A stretch of DNA of 64,000 bases from Callorhinchus milii (Eukaryota), in the NCBI RefSeq assembly GCF_018977255.1, contig NW_024704748.1, positions 20,646,001 through 20,710,000 on the forward strand. The letters run 5' to 3'. Every line of letters starts with the position of its first letter. Within the stretch, counting starts at the first letter, position 1. Under the pieces are notes generated by a model. The model searched no databases. It had not been told where the DNA came from and worked only from the letters and a program-made list of their open reading frames with translations. Shown here in pieces: positions 1 through 64,000 of this stretch. The position numbers and the translations under genes were made by a program.

Positions 1-1920
1 GAAACTGCTGAATGCTGAATGTAATATATTACCCTTGCTGTCTACCTGTTAACCCATGAACCAATAACCAGTTATATGACTGAATTTTGCAGACTTTTCT
101 GTGACAATGGAATATGCTACACTAATTGTTTTTGGCAGACAAAAATATATGCTGCTCACATCTTAGGTACGATATCCCACGATGAGCCTTTGGAGGTTTA
201 GGCTCAGTAATAGCCAAGCTATATTACATGGTAACTGTTCTGCTAATGGGTGCAAATTGACAGCAGCTAATATGTTTTGTTGCCCTAGGGTTGTTCCAGC
301 ATTAGGGGTTACTTTTGCCTGGTATTATTTGAGAATCTGTCTTGGTGCTTTCAGGAGATGACTGATGCACTGTTTCAGAGGACAAGAAGGTTCATACATT
401 TCAGAGGAAATGTGATCATATAGCAGAGATTTGGTAATGTTGCAATCCCTGAGTGCTAGTAATGGTGCTCATACAAGCATCATCAGTCAGTCCAATATTG
501 TGCGCTAACCTTAAGAGGAAATCCATCACCATGCTTAAGAGTATCATGATTAGCTTGCAATTCTGAGCACTGTTTGTCAAGCTTTCAGTGCTTATCCAGC
601 TAGGCCACCTTACCCATTAGGATTTTGGCTTGCAGAGTTAACAGGAGCTGAATGTGTGCAGTACGACTCAACATCAAACGCTCCATGATGTACAAAAGGG
701 ATCCTCCAAATGATTGTTAAGTACCCAGGCTGACTGGATTACTCTATTTAGTAATTGTCATACTTTTTCCTGTAATTTGAACAGAGTAACCAACCGCAAA
801 CCAGGCTTTTGGGGGCATAGTTACATACTGTAACTGTAACAGTAACTCATGAAATAATAACCATTCCCCAAATTCCAGCAAACATAGAACACTTTGTAGT
901 GGTACAAACCTTTGATTTAGTCAACCCAGATTGTTTAGAAAATTCTCAGATGCCCTCAGGATTCAGCACGGTGAAACCAAGGCTTATGTTAAGAGAGCAA
1001 AACAAAAACATGATTGACCTGAAGAAACCTTCTTGGTCTCTGTCAAGTATGAAATGCGTTGCACCACATTCAGCATGGCATCATTCCAATATGCAGGGAA
1101 CCGTTTAGTACTTATAGCAATGAAAGAGTACATCTGAGGCCAATGTATCCTGAAAGGAAATGGAAACCAACAACACCAGCCTGTTATGTCTGTTATACGA
1201 TAAAACATCATATTACTTCACTATGTAGCTCAGTTTTGCCAATTAAATATGAATAAAGTAGAATATACTCACAATTTTTATAGACTGAGGTGTGTTAGTT
1301 TAATGAAGACTAGCAGATCTGATAATTAGAAATTCTAAACATTGCTGTAAAGTGCCCCAGTAATGGTAATTTAGATTATATGCAACGAACAGCTGGGCAA
1401 GTGAACATTGTAAACAAAAATACCCTGTTCTGCTTCCTGTCTGATAGTCTTTCAAAAACCAACTTTACATTGCTGTATTGTACCGTTAAGCCTGATGCAA
1501 AATAAATGAAATGTAACCTATTTTTTCACCCACTTTGCTCATTTTCCAAGTTTTTAATTTAACTCAATCTATATGCCTGCTTCTGTTTACAATAATTTTT
1601 AAAGATTTGATTGTTGGTGTTTTGCATATGCAATTATGGTTTATGTTGTCAGGGGATATTGCACAGGCAATATAGCCATAATGAGTTTTGCAGCTTTGCA
1701 CATTTCTCCTTCTGCTCAACTCTGATAGAATCAGGACCCTAGTATTTGAAACACAAAACTCCAGGGGATGTAAGCTTAGTGCTTGGTAGCCTCATCAGAA
1801 ACATTAATTCCAGGAATAGCAACCTTCATAATGTACATCCATAATCTGAACAGTCCTTGATTTTGTAGCTCACTGAATGCACCGCTGATGCAAAGTGTCT
1901 CTGTTTTCTCTAAACTATAG

Positions 1921-59516
<57,596 letters not shown>

Positions 59517-60630
59517 ATTACATATGTGTCAAGTACATATTTCATTGGATTTCACTCCATACATTTTGTTAGGGACACATATAAAATAATACCTTCAGTG
59601 ACCTAAAATAATTTTAAATTTCATACAATACAAATTTCCAGGCATTAGGTTTTGCTAGTTGGATTGAAATGTCTTTACTGACATCCATATGGTGAAATTC
59701 AACTGGTTTGTAAAGTCAACCAATTTTGTTGTGTATAATGCATGTCGCTATGCTAGGTAACTTTACTAATGAGGGGAATTTTAGTATCTTAGGGGTGTAC
59801 CTGAACAACTCACTTTTGTGGATTGGATTTCAAATCTGTCAATGATATCCCAAGACATTCTGAAATAGAATTTGACTTGATGGGAAGGCTCAAATTACAA
59901 TGCAAGGAAGATTTTTCTTGCATTCTATTAAAAAGTGTTAGGTGCTTCAACACTACTGCAAGAATTCAAAATGTACTTTTTTATGGTGACATGTAACTGT
60001 CAGTAGTGGTGTTGGCCAAACACATCATAGGTTTAAAACTAACATTAATTCCATATAAATACTCAATACCACTTTGTGAGTATAATATTTGATTGTTATA
60101 TTTGTGTGTTAAGTATTGCAAGTTAAATAAGCGAGACTTGACCAATTTGCTTGCAGAAGTAATGGAACAGAACTCGAAACAAAGTAAATATTTTGGAAAA
60201 GTTTTCTATTGCTTTGATTTGTTATATCAAATATTGATATATGTTTACAAGAAAAACATCAATAATTATTCAATACATAAATCAATAACCAGCAAATTAG
60301 ATATTTTACCTGAACTTTCACTTTTAGGTGTGAAAAATGTGATATGAAGTATGACATTTATCACAATGATAATAGTCATTTATTGCATTTTCATCACATA
60401 ATAATTACAATCTTAAAGGTAATCAATTATATTTGTAAGTTAAATGTACATTTCTATCTCAGCTACTGCTATTCAAAAAAACAATGCCATTCTGCTACGT
60501 CTAATGCAAAGCAAAATCATTTTAATGGAGCTATTTTGATTTTTTTTAGGAAATTCTAGGATAGACCAAGCTTTGACAGAAAGAGGTGCATACATAATTT
60601 TTTTTACACACGAGGTCTAAGTCGTTATTA

Positions 60631-60636
60631 AATAAA
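60631..60636 (+). terminator. Candidate DNTT poly(A) signal AATAAA (alternative ATTAAA at 59927-59932)
   Basis: First canonical AATAAA I could find after the stop codon; no transcript data. Confidence 0.3.
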
Positions 60637-62894
60637 TGATGGTGAAAACAATGACAACTAGCATTTATATAGCGCCCCTCACGTGGGGTGGAATCCCAGA
60701 GCACTGGAATCGACAGCAGAGGCCAATAGAGAACAATGTTTCATCTCATCAAGTTCCATCTGTTCTGCACAATGACTGTGTTAAATGTTACAGCTATGGG
60801 AGGCATTGAGTCACATAATCATTACCTTTGTTATTGTGAAGTTTCCCATAAGGTTTCAACATGAGAAAGCAGACATTGTAGCACGTTCTCTCTACATTTA
60901 TGTAATACAATATAACTCAACCTTCTCAAGTGATTGTCATAAGTGCAGAAATTTCAGCTTGAACCATTTGTTCATTGAACTTGAACTCAATGGCTTTCCC
61001 ATTACATTAAACTGTTGGTAGTGGGTCTAACTCATTACTAAATAAGCAAAATCCAGATTTGGATGCAATGAACTTTTAATGAGTGAAATGTTGTCATGGA
61101 AAACATGTGCTATAATCTAATATAAAACAGTTGTGGTTTTATATTAAACTAGTATAAATCATTAATATTTAAATGTCGTTATTTATGTATGCACCTTTCT
61201 TTGTCAAAACTTGGTAATACGTCTTTAAGCCAAATGAACTCTGAGATCTAATAATAATTCGGCAAAAATTGATATTAAAAAATCATTGGTGAGATGTGTC
61301 TTTGGGCCATGTAGTCCAGTGACATTTATAGGTTTGAATCTTGGTCTGAGTTGATTTAGTTCATCATCTATAGTGGTGTTGATCCTCTGAACTCCTGTTT
61401 AGGGAAGTGAAAGTTCCATCATGGTTCCTGTTCCTGATTCCTATACAGCAAGTCCTCCTAAAAATGCCCATGTGTGAATGTTGACAACTTCAGGATTGAT
61501 TTGTCTGTAATGGTTCCCAAATTGAAAAGTGTGCTTATACTCCATTTTTTGAGGCTCACAAATGAATAATATTCAATATAAAAGGGCTTCTGTCACTTGT
61601 GCATCTGTTTCCCTCCACCCTCCCCAATCAGGAGTTGAAGCTATAAAACAGTTGTGTTGAATGGTGAAAAAAGGAAATTGAAAGGAAAGTTGGAAAGAAA
61701 AAATAATGAAAATGAGAATGACCTGAAACACCCCAGGTTGAGAAAATGTAAGGAAAGAGTTAATTGGTTCATCAAACTTTCCACAGAAAAGAAACGTTAA
61801 ATTCCATTGCCTTTTCAATTTGAGACTGAATTGTTCAACCATTCTGAGAGGATGTTACATGATCTGCTGTGTGCTCAGCCAACTGAATGATGAAAAGGCT
61901 AAGCTCTGCGAGTCTCTCCCATGCTCCATATCAGGTTACTGTAAGCAAATGCTTGTAGATGCATTCTATTCAAAGTTTGCTGAAATAAACTCTTTCTTCT
62001 ATCTAGTTTTGTAATCTGAACAATTTTGCTCATTTATGTATGAAATTACTGAAGCAATAAAAAGAGGAAATAATATTTTCTGTTGTCTTTGTTTAGCCTC
62101 TCCCTAATTGAGTTATAAGGCACTATTTGGTAGAGCTGCTCAGAACCATGCTAGTTATGGAAATGCATCTTTTTTNCATGCATAAATATGACAAAATCCT
62201 CTTTCAGATCAAGAAACAGTCAAAAATAAAATGCTTTGCTCAACACAAATGAACATCCAGGAGTTTGAGTGAAGGAGGATGTCTTGTACTGTATAAGATA
62301 AACAAGATATGTATTCCCCGAACTATATACAATAGATCACATCTCTGCAAAGTTGATATATTGCAAAAAAAACTCAGTAAGCACCTTTTGGATATTACTC
62401 AACAATTCTTTAATATTAAGAGTATCAGGAAAGATCTCATATATCTTTATTTGAAAATCAGGGTTTCCTACAAGATAAGCATTTATTTTACACTTTATTT
62501 TATAAGTTTCCCGCGTTGGCTCTGGAGCCAGACTGAATCAGAGGAAATGTAAGAGGATTTTAGTTGATTTGAAAGTTATGATGGTCCTGCAGCACTTACC
62601 TGCATAAGATTTTCCTTGCAGCAGCATAATCTTTCTATTAGAAAAGCCATAACTAAGCATGAACATTTTTTCAAGATTGTGGAAATGTGAGAAAATTATC
62701 TGAATTCCTAATGTGCTTCCTTATTTGTGTAATTGCCAGAACTGGGGCATAGTTTAATGTTGTTATCCTTCCATGCAACTTTGTTGCGACATTGAAAACA
62801 GTGCCCGGTTGTAATAATACAACAATGATGCACTTGTGTTTTCATCCTTATTCTACAATTAGTATATCAATCAAATAATGCTCGCTCATAAATA

Positions 62895-63356
62895 ATGTTT
62901 TCACCCACAAAATGCACATTCAGTCCACTTTACAGTGTACCCTATATGGAGTCCTGTAGTTTAGTCGTAAGAGCACTCGCCTCGCAAGCGAGAGGACTTA
63001 GATTTGATTCCCGGGCAGGGTGAAACGTTGGGCAACTTTCCTTACTCCACACGCCTCTGTTTACCTAAAACTAAGTAGGAACCCGGTTGTTAGTCGATTG
63101 GCGGATCGGTTTTCTGGGGATAATAATCCCTTAAAAAAAATGTGGTCACTCAATCGCTGACTGTTTGCTGCGTTTCACCCACAAAATATACAGTCAATTC
63201 ACTTTACAATATATTCTGTGAAGCTCTTTGAGACGCTTTGAAGATGTGATAAGGCACTATATCAAATGCAAAGATTATTATTATTATCATCTCGTGAAGC
63301 GCTTTGGACATCTCAATGATGTGATAAGGCACTATGTCAAATGCAAGGATTATTAT
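62895..63356 (+). mobile_element. Long-form SINE (62948-63287) nested inside an older SINE 3' part (62895-62945 + 63291-63356)
   Basis: Host breaks at cagtccactttacagtgtacc and resumes at ctcgtgaagcgctttggacatc; a full head-to-tail SINE lies between. Confidence 0.82.
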
Positions 63357-64000
63357 CTTCATAAACCCGCATTGGTTGTTAAATATAGTTTAATGGCAAG
63401 CTCCCAGACATAGGTTGGGTAAATCTAACAGCATCTGGAATGCTGTAAACTGAAATCTAAAATTTAAGAGCTTTGCAAATGTAGCAGACTGAAGCTTTAA
63501 CTAAATGCCAAAAATTTGTGTAGTTTTGAGAATGTTGGTTGGTTTGAAATGGAATAAAACTTTATATTTACGCATGCAATTAACCACACATCATTTACAT
63601 TTTGGAAATAATTGTAATGTGTGATGTTTTGCTTATTACTGGGATAATGTTAGTTTAGGGAATTGAACTGTTTCTACTCCCCCGTCCCCGGCTCCCAAAT
63701 TAGCATTAAACACTCATTAGAATAGATGCAGAGCTTCCATTACTCAGTCCACCAATGTTCCTTAAACCAAATGCTAGTAGAGTATCCATTACTGACTAGG
63801 CTATGAACTGTTATAGAGATGACAAGTTAGCATTAAATTCTGGCCCTGTAACTAATGCTTTTCATTATACTCAATCCATGTAATAATGGTGCATAACTTG
63901 AAATACAGAGTCAGTAATCAATTAGGAATTTCAATGACAATAAAAGTAACTTGGGAGAACCATAAAGTAAATGCTCATCTATTGTGCGCTATTCTGTTTA

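Noticed and set aside
1-1920. DNTT exon 1 or promoter
   Set aside because: No frame resembling the TdT N-terminus (NLS, RRxFL, KGF) was found; it presumably lies upstream of the window.
61887-61985. Box C/D snoRNA-like ATGATGA...CTGA pairs (also at about 40713 and 49161)
   Set aside because: No terminal stem or wrong spacing; expected by chance.
62176-62176. Single N base
   Set aside because: Assembly ambiguity, not biology; it only argues for caution about the exon-7 indel.
59517-64000. Downstream neighbouring gene exons
   Set aside because: The short ORFs are low-complexity or SINE-derived, with no recognisable homology.

Overview
Vertebrate genomic DNA, AT-rich and CpG-poor. The repeat repertoire (L2 and CR1 LINEs, a tRNA-Ala-like SINE with an L2-derived tail, SacSINE1/DeuSINE-like and LF-SINE-like remnants) suggests a cartilaginous fish, possibly a holocephalan; this is inference. 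One protein-coding gene occupies most of the window on the + strand: DNTT (terminal deoxynucleotidyl transferase, Pol X family), coding exons 2-11 from 1921 to 59516. Exon 1 was not found and is presumably upstream. Exon sizes and phases match human DNTT as I recall them, with three size differences (exon 3 is 117 nt, exon 8 is 103 nt, exon 9 is 300 nt) and one anomaly. Exon 7 is 132 nt instead of 133, so it is one base out of phase with exon 8 exactly at the catalytic GGFRRG motif. This is either an assembly indel, a null allele, or a frame rescue through a tandem CAGAG acceptor that drops one Arg. Other notable observations: an 18-aa longer Loop2-region segment, a degenerate HhH motif, a 71-nt near-perfect intronic hairpin, a candidate cassette exon plus mini-intron at the position of the mouse TdT-L insert, an ETS/bZIP/octamer cluster, a consensus CTCF site, nested retroposon insertions, and evidence that young SINE copies carry the 3' stem-loop of the young L2. 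Most ORFs in the supplied track are repeat-derived or spurious. I found no clear evidence of a wholly new biological system.
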